A stretch of DNA of 64,000 bases, taken from positions 6,820,001 through 6,884,000 of the forward strand of contig OZ320313.1 of the NCBI GenBank assembly GCA_976226885.1, read 5' to 3'. Shown piece after piece: positions 1 through 12,285 of this stretch (positions are counted from its first letter, which is position 1; each line of letters begins with the position of its first letter). This DNA comes from Iphione sp. A-MEVVRFRX5 (Eukaryota). Position numbers and translations under genes: made by a program. The notes below the pieces were generated by a model. That model saw only the letters and a program-made list of their open reading frames with translations. It was not told the DNA's origin and searched no databases.

Positions 1-960
1 TTTGCTCTATGACCTACGTCTTTTTACCCACGGTTCATGTTTCTTGTTAAGATTACTTTGATGTTCGTGATCCCAGTTCTTCTACCGGAGTCAACCATTT
101 GGTCCCATCCCTTCTGTCAACCTTGACAGCTGTTTTCAGCATGTCAGGATTCTGCTTAGTGCTCTGATAGAGCCTATCCCCTTCCTGTGGTTACACCTCT
201 GCATCAGCAAAGTTTCTCGGATAGTCAGTTTTTTTGGACCAGCCAATTTTAATTTCTTATATCCTTTTCCTTTCTCTCTCAGTCTGTTTCCTCTCTCTTC
301 TTTTCGTAATACTTCTCTATGTATCTCTTCTCTCTCTACCCTTTCTCTCTACTTCCCGCCTCTCATATCCTTTCTCTCAGTCCCTTTCTGTTTTCTCTTT
401 CATCATTGTCCTCCCTTTCTCTCACTCTCCTATTCCTTGGTCTATCACTATAATCTCTTTCTGCCTCTCTTTTTCTTCCAGTCAACGGTGTGTTTGGGGA
501 CCATGATTAATGTTAAAACCCAAATACATCATCTTGCTCTTAGATCAATGCTCTCCGGCCTGTAAAAGAGAGAATTGGAGGGGAATATTTAAATTTAAAA
601 ACAGATAATAAGTTCTGTTAACTATGATTCAGTGTTTTACCTTTATAACTCAGTATGTCACCTAAATTTGCACCAACTTTACCATTAAACATATACTATT
701 CAGAGAACCTTATCAAGAAGCATTTTGACAATGAAGAAGTTTCCTTGTCTGGAATCGTGCTATTGAAACATTTTTATAGCAGCAGTGTCCTTAACCAGGA
801 TGTGCGTTTTACGAAGCATCGGATCTCATGCAAAGTTTCCGCTCGTACAGGACCCAGGCAGATACAGAATGTCAGTCGCAATGGCCGGCTGTCTTAATGG
901 CCGACGACCTTTATGGCCATCCATGGTCATTTATGGCTGGTATTTTTCTGTAAATATTGC

Positions 961-996
961 TAACCCTAACCCTAATCCTAACCCTAATCCTAACCT
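961..996. repeat. Interstitial telomere-like (CCCTAA/CCTAAT)n tract with ATGGCC-repeat left flank
   Basis: taaccctaaccctaatcctaaccctaatcctaacc, preceded by repeated atggcc motifs at about 880-935. Confidence 0.85.
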
Positions 997-1221
997 ACAC
1001 TACCTTCTAATGACAGAGCAATATTGACGTGCATATTGCCTTTTATCTAGCAACACCTCCTTGGTTACATTGGCAAAAGATTTTCTCTCAAAAGTATAAA
1101 ACCCAGCCAACGCAGAAACGTTTTAAAAACATTCTAAAAACGTTGCTTAGAACATTGTAAAAACGTTGTAAATGAAAATGTTTTTAGAACGTTTTCTGAC
1201 AACATTTTTAAAAATATGTCA

Positions 1222-1305
1222 AGGAGGTTTGTGCAAGATTTGAACTTGTACTGCCACACACTCAACTAGAAAGACTGGCACTCTTATCCACTGGACCACA
1301 GGGTC
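1222..1305 (-). pseudogene. tRNA-derived SINE head or tRNA pseudogene
   Basis: Minus strand GACCCTGTGGTCCAGTGGATAAG...AAGTTCAAATCTTG: A-box TGGTCCAGTGG and degenerate B-box GTTCAAATC; stems are poor, so not a functional tRNA. Confidence 0.5.
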
Positions 1306-1543
1306 TGTACATGTGTAATAGCATGACTCTGTCATTCATTACAGATTTACAGTTATACTGTGGTTAGACCTTTCACTTTTCAGGTATTTCCTCCACCCTT
1401 GGCTGCCCTTCTGTTGCCCTCAGATGTCTCCACACCTTGTCAGTACTTCCTCCAGCCATAACCGCCCTCATGTCACCCTTAGACATCCCCACGCATTGTC
1501 AGGTGTCTCCTCCACCCTTGGCCGCCCTCCTGACATACTCAGA

Positions 1544-1866
1544 GTTGTAAAATGGTTGCAAACAGTGTAACCAAATAAAAATGTTCTAAAAATGTAAAAT
1601 GGTTGCAAACGTTGTAACCAAAGAAAATGCTCTTAAAAAGTTGTAAAATGTTTGCAAACGTTGTAACCAAATAAAAATTTTCTCAAAATGTTGTAAAATG
1701 GTTGCAAACAGTGTAACCAAATAAAAATGTTCTAAAAATGTAAAATGGTTGCAAACGTTGTAACCAAAGAAAATGCTCTTAAAAAGTTGTAAAATGTTTG
1801 CAAACGTTGTAACCAAATAAAAATTTTCTCAAAATGTTGTAAAATGGTTGCAAACGTTGAAACCAA
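1544..1866. repeat. Tandem array, about 49-bp unit in a 146-bp trimeric higher-order repeat
   Basis: gttgtaaaatggttgcaaacagtgtaacc recurs at 1544 and 1690; the three sub-units are 49, 47 and 50 bp. Confidence 0.9.
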
Positions 1867-4546
1867 AAGAAAACGTTATAAAACGTTTTTACGTTAAACA
1901 TTGTGTGCTGGCTGGGAAGGCATAACAACACTTGTGGCTCTTCTAGACTCTCCAAACATGCTTAGGAGACTGACCACGGGACTGGAAGATTTTGGTCTCT
2001 CCCCAGGGTTGCTTTCTCCCATGAGTTAACCAGTAATGATCAGACATTATTTCGGACTTGTGGATTTGGGCTTCTTCCCTGTGTTGATCTCTGCTGTGAT
2101 TCAGTCTTTTTGAGGGTGTTGACTGCAGTGTGTATAGGTACTTTACGCAATGATTAGCACACACACACCAACATACACACACGCAGGTGGTCCTGTCCAT
2201 TAACCCCCTAAACTACAGGGAAAACCTGTCAACCTTTCCTCTCAGTGACAAGTCTGGTAAGAAAAAACAGCACAGGTATCACTCGATCAAAGGTACTTCA
2301 AATCTGTTGATACTCATTAATCTTGTCATTACCTTCTTTTTGGACTTGGAAGCGATTCCACTTGGCACCAATCTGTCCACTTGGACTCGATTTGTCACCA
2401 AAAGGAAGTTTTATTGAGTCTTACCTGCCTACGGATGCAACGAACCAGGGAATCTACGTATGATTTTAGTCTGTAGACTTGGCAGTCAGTTTTCGATCAC
2501 CTATACGCTAGATCTCAAAATTCATCTCGCTTTCTGAATAATTTTAACTAATGTTTATAGGCCCTTTAGTATACATCCCAGTATCTAAATGTATTCAATT
2601 ACCAAAAGCATAGAATTAAACTGAGTACGATATTGAGATATGACTCTACTTTCCTCGCCAGGGCTGCTTCCAATCAGCGTTAAATTCATCATTTGTTATT
2701 TTGCATACTTTGGGCGATTAACGCCGAATTCGACGCTAAACGGATGGATCTTATGGCAGAAGCAAAAAAGAACAGTGCAAACATGTTCTAAAAAGGAAAA
2801 GGAAGCAAGTTAAGGTGACAGATATCACTCAATGTAGCGACGCCAACCAAGAATTCATAACTATAAAGTGTATCATAAAGAAATGTAATATGGTAACAGA
2901 TTGTTTCATTCTCACCAAGTGAAATACCGAAAGGAGTTGTGCCAAAATATCTTCCCTTGACAAAAGGTTAGCTATCAACCTGATGCATGAAAAAATGGTA
3001 TCAGTATGCTCTATTTAATTAGTATGGTTTAATTCATATCTAATTAACGTATTAAAAGAAGAAATTAATCTCCATTTTTCCGATGTTATCCTCGTCAGGT
3101 AAGCTATAGCTGAAATGTCAAGGAACCAAAATATATATATATATATATGCCATAATTTAGGAAATGACATTATTGCAGGTTTTTTTTCTAACGCTTCATA
3201 GCAGGGAAGGTAATTCTCTTTTTAAAAACATTACTGACAGTTATCGTCACGCTAAAAATGTGCCGGTGTGTGAAAAAACACAGGTGTGATGGTTGAAAAT
3301 TAAGTAATATATATTTTAAAAAAAACAGATCATGTACGACCATGAGGAGGCCGGACCTAGTGAACTAATTTAGACACGGATGTAAGTGTCGGAAAGGTAT
3401 GTTCATCGACCGTAACGTCTTCTCAGCTATGTGAAAAAACATTGATTAATAGACATAAAAGCTATTCATGTCATCATTTGAATAAATCAACGTGGAAATC
3501 TTTCTCATCCAGTGGTTGAGACTTCCCTCTACCGCAGACATGTCGCACTATGATGTTATTCGGCGTGTGTATTAGCGAGAAATCTCATTTACATTTTTTA
3601 TTCATTCGGTTTCAAAGTTTGCGCTTCCTTATATCTTTCAGATCAACGCTAATACTTAATGCTTGTATGTCCCCTGTCGCCTAAGTATGATTCACAAGGC
3701 TGACAGCCATCTGTTCTCGCCAGGTTAGGATCAACTTATGGCCATGCATAAGGAAATAAGTAAACATTTGTTATTGTGTACAACTTCTTGCATTTCCCAT
3801 ATATTAGTCGACTGTGTTCATTTATGATTTAATATAATTAATTGATATTGTAGTATATATCTAGCTTTCCTCACTCAGGACCAGGTCCGCTTCTTGGTAG
3901 TTCATTAATAGCATTAATTATTATCATTATTTTATGATAACATATTGCTCTACTCCTCTTTATCTTGACTTAGATTTCTGCCTGCCTCGTGCGTATTTAC
4001 CTTTTAATTTTCATCTTGATTGCTACAATAAGTAAACATATCCTGTACCGATTCATGCTGTCCTAACCTTAGCACAGACACGCTTTGTAATGTTCTATTA
4101 TTATTGTATATTATCATATATTATTATGGACAATGATATTTTGTACCACTCCTGACTGTCCAGATATCAGAACATGTCCTCCTCGTGCCTGTTTAGAATG
4201 TATACTCCATGCTCCGGAATCATCCAGGACATGGTTCCTATCCTTTACATCCGGGACAGTCAAAAAAATGCTGCTGACTCTCATCTATTCAACAAACCTC
4301 TCCTAATTCCTTCCATTTTTCTTTCTATTATGTTCATATTAGCCATATTAGCAGGGCATTTATAAAGCTTATTTGCCCCCGAGGAGGAAAATACGAAACT
4401 ACGGAGATCGAATTTTCGAACTTAAGGACCTCGATCCATGTTGACATCGTCGATGACAAATTAACCCTCAACAAAAATGGACGGCAGGGTGTGGTGGTGG
4501 TTAGCATTGAGATATGTTGTGAGATTATACAGGTGCTTAATACCGC

Positions 4547-4560
4547 GTTGCCATGGCAGC
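4547..4560. promoter_or_regulatory. RFX X-box-like motif in a CpG-rich patch
   Basis: GTTGCCATGGCAGC, 13/14 match to palindromic X-box GTTGCCATGGCAAC. Confidence 0.4.
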
Positions 4561-4823
4561 AGGAGGCACAACCATAAATCCGGCGATAATTTAGGGAAGC
4601 AAAGCCGAGATTATATGTAATTATTGCAGGTGTAGATTAGGCGACAGATTTGGTACATGCCCGGCTCTTATTTTAACCCTTTCACGCGCCAATAAATATA
4701 AAAAAAATCCTGGCAGAATAAGCCTGACGGAAACCAAAATGACCAAATTGCTCCTCCAAATGATCAGATGTGTAAATACGAGACGTGCTTTGGACGAATT
4801 ATTACGCACTTATCAAGCTTACA

Positions 4824-5312
4824 CAGTGAAACTTCTCTCGTATGGACAGCAAAAGGACTCACCAAAAACTGTCCTTTAAGAGGGGTTTCCTTTATAGCAG
4901 GAATATTTAAACATGATTATACAGGCCTGTAGCCAAGGGGGTATTGGAGGTATCTTTCGATACCCCTCAGAGGACCCCAAGAGTTCCACATCTTTAGGCC
5001 TATACTATAGCCAAGGCTGTTTCATGAGAAAGGGGAGGGGATGGAGAAAGAAAGAGACAGAGAGAGACACAGGGACAGAGAGAGAGACAGGGACAGAGAC
5101 AGAGGACAGACAGACAGACAGACAGAGGAAGAAATACCTCTCTAACCCAGAAGTTCTTCTCTCTAGCTAAGGGTTCCACCTCTCTAATTTGAGATATCCC
5201 CCACAAGACTTCCTGGCTACGGGCCTGTTATGTAGAGTTGGTGCGGTTTCCAGCCTGTACTTTACATGATGCGTCCTTTATAGAGGGTATCCTTAGTGGA
5301 GGGGTTCCACTG
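4824..5312. mobile_element. 178-bp Tc1/mariner-type (TA TSD) MITE interrupted by a second MITE
   Basis: Ends cagtgaaacttctctc and agtggaggggttccactg-ta; 489 bp minus the 306-bp insert and 5-bp TSD gives 178 bp, the length of the intact copies at 20019 and 56636. Confidence 0.85.
4922..5227. mobile_element. MITE with CAGGCCYGTAGCCA TIRs and a GA/GACA microsatellite core
   Basis: caggcctgtagcca...tggctacgggcctg; flanks ttata/ttatg; homologous to 55084-55284 and 55997-56301. Confidence 0.85.
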
Positions 5313-5866
5313 TATAACTAGTCCTATTTAGTCATACATTGCTATATAGTAACTCAAATATTGGTACTTGGTAACCCATATGTAGGAGCGTAGGAGCCAA
5401 ACCCTGAGATATGGCAACCCAGATATTGCTTCATAGTTGCCCACAGATACATGCATGGTAACCTAGGAAATGTTATTAAATGGTGCCTAAATCATTGGAA
5501 ATTGGTAAAATAGGCACTAATATATTGTATTCACTCTATTGGTGCGTGACACCAAAGATATTGATACATGTGTCTGGTACCCCGGACTTTGGTACATGGT
5601 ATCACAAATTTTTTGATGCATAGTAATAAAAAAATGAAGAAATGGTTGCTTAGGTATTGATACATGGTAGCCAAGATGTTATTTGATGGTAGCCCACATA
5701 TTATTAAAATAGCAGCCCCAGATATAGGTACCTTGTAGCATCAATAGAAAGCCTATGTACTAATATGTGAGTTACTATGGTAGTTCGGAAACTCATAAAC
5801 AGTACCACTGATATTGGAAGCATACACATATCAACGTAAGGTTGAGGTTTCACATGTCATACTTAC

Positions 5867-5937
5867 ATTTACATCATCTAAGTTATTATAAAGCATTTCT
5901 GCGACGAACGAATGTAATCTGTGGGGATGAACACCAT
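5867..5937 (-). CDS. Candidate exon (DGVHPHRLHSFVAEMLYNNLDDVN)
   Basis: Bounded by ag and a gtaagtat donor; open in phase 1 to 0; acceptor pyrimidine tract is weak. Confidence 0.25.
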
Positions 5938-6348
5938 CTAGCTGTATACACTGGCGCCACCTATACGGTCTGTTCCGTGATAATACTAGATTACCTTGAG
6001 AAGCTGGAGAGACGACCATATTTGGGCAACAACATCAAAGAAATACACAAGTAAATGGATTAAATCGATACTGTTCACACAATTACATATGTATGGTATA
6101 ATCTTAAAGTGTAAATGGAAACGTTAGCTATAATACGTTGATATATTTCAATGTAGTCATTGTACATACAGCAAAAAAAAGAATATTCAAAAAAGAATAA
6201 CAACGATAGATGGAATAGGCCTAAAGGCTTTCAACTGACAGTATTGCAAATTGTGCCCATTTAATTGCTATTGCTACTTGTCCTTCTTAATCAATTACCA
6301 TACTTCAAGGGATATCAGCTCTTCTTGATGTCAGGTGGCCCTACTTAC

Positions 6349-6500
6349 AAAAATCTCTGTAAAAGGATTCCATTGAAACAGTTCCATATAAGGTCGGAAT
6401 TATCACCTGCCTTCGGAGTATGTGGATCCTGTAACCTAGCAATAGTCGACCTTCCCCCACAGATTTCGTCTTGCCGCCCTCTTGGTGAAACTCCAATGCC
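6349..6500 (-). CDS. Candidate internal exon of an unidentified gene (GIGVSPRGRQDEICGGRSTIARLQDPHTPKAGDNSDLIWNCFNGILLQRF)
   Basis: cttttatag acceptor, gtaagt donor, 152 nt open in phase 0 to 2; phase-compatible with an upstream donor GAG|gtaagt at 7232. Confidence 0.35.
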
Positions 6501-9330
6501 CTATAAAAGATTTGGACAGTCCTTGATAACAGGCCTACATTTTATTCTATTGCATTGTATTGACTTTTCATTTCTAAATTTTTAAGCATTCAATGTCTCG
6601 TTGTTCGGATCGCCATTCTGAGCGAAAACAATATGCGATATAATATGATGACATGGCTGGGATTGGTATCTTTAATACTCATTATAATCTAATCATGTTT
6701 TGATATTATATGTGATTAATCACATGTTGTGATATTCCATATTCTTTCTGTTATGTAATATCCATGGAATTTAGAGTCACTAAATATATTCGATGTATGC
6801 ACAAAAATTCCATTATGGCAACAGGATCTTCGGTACAGAGATGTACGTCATTTAACAAGACGCTGAAAACGAAGATTCCTTATGACCAAGATGGCTTTCT
6901 TTACAGGTTTTATGGCCTTAGGCCACTTTTAAAATTGTACATTTCAAAGATTTACTTATAATTGACTTTTTGAAGAGTTGCATGTAGCCTCCTCCTACAA
7001 GAAAACGTAATTTGTGAAAATATCTTAAGTCAAAAAAATTGAATTGAAGATGGAATGGGGTGTTTCTTCTCGTTATTTCTCCACAACGAAGTGATATCCA
7101 GGAACACATACTTCGTTAACAGAGGTATTGCTTGTAAATCTTCGAGTGACGTAGAAGCAACAAGCCGGGAGCAGATTTCATTTATCATCCTGTTCCGCTT
7201 ATTAGGAACAAACCACGTGATCCATACTTACCTCTACTTGACTCTCGTTTGGCTGAGCTGATGACATATGCCTTAAGATAAGTGCATTTTTTCTTCGACG
7301 TGAGGTATGCGACGTAGCTGTTGACAATAACCGCGAATAAATCAACACTTTGACAGACATCAATCGATCATGTGTACGATGTACAAACAGCATCAAGAAG
7401 AACATCAATATACCAAGTCCTCAACACTGGTTTTATCACCGCCAAAGGTTTCACCACATTCATGGAGTTATGCCCCCATGTCTGGTCCACCATAAGTCAA
7501 TATACCGACTACTCAACACTAGTTGTAGCACTGCCCGAAGTTTCATCACATTTATGATGTTATGCTGCCAAGTCTGAACCTGCATCAATTTTCATAGTAG
7601 CAATAAGAATTGAATTTCAAGTTTTACATCTATTGCTGCCATGCTTTATCAATTTACATCTTTGTGGGAACCTCTTGTTGTTTTAATCAGAGGGTTTCTT
7701 CCGCGCTAGGGATTGCATGTGAATTGGTTTTGCGTAGCTTGTCACAAGAGGATACTTGTGTAGAACAGTGTTACAAGTAATTGTAATGGTCTATATAGTA
7801 GAAATAATGAAAATATATTTATTTCTCTGATGTCGTCCGATTGAGGGCAAAAAGAGTACGGTATGTATGAATTTGTATATTTATATGTATATACAGTGGA
7901 ATGAAAGACATTGAACCTTTTACACCTCTTCCAAAATATGTCTCCCTCTGAGGTTTGAAATGAGACATACCTAATTCAATCCATACCTTCAGGAAAGCGT
8001 AAAGCAAGTTTACCTGTCATATTGTAACCTAATATAAAAAAAAACATTGATAATGAGGCAACAAATTATCCCATGGCTTAAACATAATATTCCCCCAGGT
8101 TGAATCTGAATCTAACCCTGTACACTGGATACATGGTGTTCCGATAAATGAGTGTACGGTATCCACAAGTACCTTTGTAGGCACCTTGCACTGCCATTGT
8201 TCATTATTGAGGCCAATTACTCATTCGTGAAAATGTATCAGGGCACCAGGATAAGCAGACCGTAAATGCCTCGGACTGTTTTTATCTTTACTATGATAAC
8301 GGGAAGAATGATTTTAGCCGGCAATAATATAAAGATTCCAAGGGCATTTATTTCAGTGGACAGATTCCCGGGAGATTTAAACTTCGTGTTCATTGTGCAC
8401 AGTTCCCAGATGGACGAAAGAAACTTTTCTAGCTTCAGATGAGCCATTTATCATTTGAACTAATTTCTGTTAGTCATCAGACAAAAAAACCCATCATTTT
8501 GAGTAGAATTATATGACAAAAACTCGTTAGCGGTCCGTCTACCTTAAATCATGGATGAGTTGGGGTACACTTGAATCTCACCTATACGGACAGCAGACGG
8601 TAGTAAATGTCCGTAATGAAGGATGTCCGGAATAGCAGTAAACTGTACACATGATTGAATATATTCGGACTGGGTGCATTCCTTACTGATGAGTTATTTT
8701 CACCAGTGTCATATATACAGATAGATACAATAGAACCTCACTATTCCGTCACCTCACTATTCCAGTACCCTCACTATAGGTGGTAGTTTCTTTTTCTTTA
8801 TGTTCAATATTATCAGGGTCGGTCCCTTACCAGGAACAGAAATTTTTCTGATAGGGCTTACATTTGATCAAATAATCTATGATAGGTCTAAGTTCATCTC
8901 CATGATTTATTATAAAACTAAGTTCTGTCAAATTAATTCCTGATAGAACTAAGTTGATTCAAATGATCTGTAATAGTACTACGTTCATATTAATACTAAC
9001 CGACGTCAGGACGGAGTACAAAAAGCTATAATGATACAGACTTCATCCTAATACAATGCAGATTCTTTGTTCAGTAGACGAATTACAAACATGTGTCATC
9101 CTAGGTGTAACATTGGCAGAGGTAGGGCCTTATTTGCAGGTAATGCCACCTCATGGCCTCATGATTCACAGTAACCTCCTTATAATAAGATGATCTGGAT
9201 GATAGCCTTGAAACCCTTTCTCTCATAGACGTTATCTCGGATAATTTAATAAATAACGAGGCTTATAACGTGTAAGACACCCAAGATACAACCAATTAGA
9301 ACGAAAACCTACGATTCTAGTGATTAAATC

Positions 9331-9890
9331 TGTAGACATAAAAGCTAAGTGTTATAATAAGGGTTGTAGTCTGAAAACCTAAGATCAAAATGTTACAGCA
9401 AGTGTTATAGTCTGTACACATAAGAGCTAAGGGTTACAACAAGGGTTGTAGTCTGAAGACCTAAGATCTAAGGGTTATAAGAAGATTTATAATCCGTAGA
9501 CTTAACAGCTAAGGGTTACAGCAAGTGTTGTAGTCCGTAGACCTACGAGCTTAGGGTTATAACAAGGGTTGTAGTCTGAAAACCTAAGATCTAAGGGTTA
9601 AAACAAGATTTATAATCCGTAGACTTAAGAGCTAAGGGTTACAGCAAGTGTTGTAGTCTGTATACCTAGGGGCTAAGGGTTATAACAAGGGTTGTAGTCT
9701 GAAAGCCTAAGATCTAAGGGTTAAAACAAGATTTATAATCCGTAGACTTAAGAGCTAAGGGTTACAGCAAGTGTTGTAGTCTGTAGACCTAAGAGCTTAG
9801 GGTTAGGACATGGGTTGTATTTTGAAGACCTAAGAGTTATAACAAGCGTTGTAGTCTGTAGACCTATGGGTGTTTGGTTATAACAAGGAT
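9331..9890. repeat. Tandem array, about 41-bp unit with a 123-bp trimeric higher-order repeat
   Basis: ctaagggttacagcaagtgttgtagtc recurs at 9509, 9632 and 9755. Confidence 0.9.
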
Positions 9891-10691
9891 TTAAGGATAG
9901 TTAGCCTCGCAAGGCCCAACGCCCAACAGACAGTACTTTGTTATTGGTTAGTATCATCATGTTGAAAACGGATTTCCAAAACGGCATACTTTGTAGACTC
10001 GAAGGAACACGTTATTTCTTGCCAACGCCAGGCAACGCGGCACAACCATTTAAACCAACCCTCCCAGCGCACCGGCAAGTCAGTTAGGCAAAAGAATGGC
10101 GCTATTTCTGTTTTCTTTACATTTTGCTTTGTGAAAGTGAAACCATGTATCAAGCTTCACTAACACGAATGGGTAGCTGAAAAATGGATGAAATATCCAC
10201 ATCGAACTCCTATAATCACTGTGTCAAAATATTATTTACTTGTAATCTAAAAGTTGATTGTTTCACACATTATACCACCATTGTGATTGATTAAATCCTG
10301 TTTCAGACAATGTGCTGACCTTTGCTTAGTTTTCGGAATCCCCCTTTTGGTTCCTTGTAAAGTAGAGGCAGTACTCACATCAATCATATTTGGATCTGTG
10401 ACTCCTCAATCACATGATGAGGGGCGGTTGTGGTTTTGGCTTTGTCAACTTTTAAGCACGGTAGGCGCTTTCAAACAGGACATGGCATGTGAGGGGGAAC
10501 CCCCACCTTCAACCCCCTCACCCCACTACCAGATCTTTCCTTATCGAGCGTGTGCATATGGAGAAACATATCGTTTTATGAAGTATGTGTCATGGTAAAA
10601 CTTGTGGCCTTTATTTTAATGAGGTGATGACCGAACGGTTAAAAAGCTGCTTGCATAGTTTCCTGACGGTATTGTGAAACTGCACCTTTGG

Positions 10692-10724
10692 ATTGGAGGA
10701 GCAGGGCCCATTGTGACGTCACAA
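10692..10724. promoter_or_regulatory. CRE palindrome with nearby reverse CCAAT box
   Basis: TTGTGACGTCACAA 14-bp perfect palindrome at 10711-10724; ATTGG at about 10692. Confidence 0.4.
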
Positions 10725-11960
10725 ACAGTGCAACGCTTCCTGTTGTGACGGATAGTTAGCATTTGACTGAAGACCAAGTGGCATATCACTAATTCATCGA
10801 GCAGGAAAGTGGAACGCAGCTAGTTCCTTGAAAGAACCTTGGGTCAAATATTATCACCATTTCTATGCAGTAGTGTTTAAACAGTGATGTATGAGCAGAA
10901 CAGAGACTTAGGCCCCTAACCCAAATCAGTACTTTAGGTCCATTCATTCTAGCATGACTCACCCCTGATGAAGGCCACATTGTACGCCGAAACATTGGGA
11001 TTTCAAAAAGCCATCTTAAACCTAAACTTCAGTGATTTGTTGGTGTGTTAAACGTTATTAGATTACCTAATATTGACTACCATGCTTAAGTTGAAAATAC
11101 TCAATACATAACAGGTAGTCCATAATTTGCACTTGATCCAAAAGCATAGATTATGTTTGTCTATGCTAATGGAGTGGGTTAACCAAAGGAAAACACAAGA
11201 CAGTAGTGGTTTAAAGATTTAATGTTTTCATAAATCCCAATGTTTTGGGCTGTTATTTGTGGCCTTCTTCTTATTTATATTTGTCTACCATTCTGCTGAG
11301 CCATCAGATAATTTATTACGGATTCGTCGTTAAAATATGGTTCTTGTCCTCTGTTGACTTCATCAAACCTTCTCAGGCTCAGATGGTGGTGGACATGTTA
11401 ACCTTAGAGAGGTCTCGCTCTGAAAAGATATGCGATTTTTTCTTTTCAATTTCAAATAAACAATCATGATTTTGTTCACCAGCCTGGGCTTGACAATGTA
11501 AAGATAACTTAGGTGTATTAACAAGATTGTAAAAATGAATGACAGTGATAAATTTGTGTTACATTGTCCTCTTAACCCACTTCTTTCCCCAGTCTTTTTG
11601 TTCAGAAGACCCTTTAGCTTATAAACCTTTGCACCCGGATGCATCAATTCTCACGGTCTGCCACCTCACTACCAAGCAACACCCCTAGTTAACCCTTTCA
11701 TTACACGTTACCTCTTGGTATTCCCAGCCGCTTGAATGAACTTCTGCCCCTCTCTGCCTTACCCCCCCCCCACCATCAGCACCACCAACCACTGCCCACT
11801 ACCCATTTTCCATGTTAATTGGGCTGTTGGAACCCCGTACCCTTTACACCAGTTCCTGGAATGTTGTCACATCATCAGGTGTGTTATACAGGTGTTAGGG
11901 ACGTTTCATGGCAAGGAGGGGGGTCTCTCTCGCGGTAGTCAGGTAGGCATCTCCCACAAA

Positions 11961-12285
11961 GGGGCTGTTCACATGTATATGCTCCGGACGGGGATGGAAA
12001 ATACGTGTCTACGTGCGCGTAGAGGTAGATACGCCATGTGGAGCTTGTATTTTAACAGCAACCATTATTGTAAACATATTTTTCACTATAGAAGTCTATG
12101 AGGTACATGTCTGTGGCCATAGAAAATCTGTCCCCGATGGATTGGTCATCCCTCCACGGATGCATAGATATGCATCTGGATGGATATGTCTACATCTGAA
12201 TAGTATGCATGATTATAGAGGGACAGGTTTAAACATGTACATACATAGCTGTAGAAGGGACACACAGATACATGTGAACACCGCC
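11961..12285. mobile_element. PIF/Harbinger-type MITE
   Basis: ggggctgttcacatg...catgtgaacaccgcc TIRs; flanks aaa/taa; same termini as 38031-38332. Confidence 0.7.

Larger units (their letters stand above)
1102..1916. mobile_element. Non-autonomous DNA transposon with CCCAG termini (EnSpm/CACTA-like, tentative)
   Basis: Left end cccagccaacgca, right end tgtgctggctggg (imperfect TIR); aa on both sides as possible 2-bp TSD; subterminal aaacgtt repeats at both ends. Confidence 0.6.

Noticed and set aside
961-996. True telomere or chromosome-fusion site
   Set aside because: Short, degenerate, single-orientation tract inside a dispersed repeat context
1222-1305. Functional tRNA gene
   Set aside because: Promoter boxes are recognisable, but acceptor and anticodon stems do not pair; treated as a SINE head or pseudogene
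11690-11710. piggyBac-like TTAA-CCCTTT end (also at about 4674)
   Set aside because: No matching opposite terminus found
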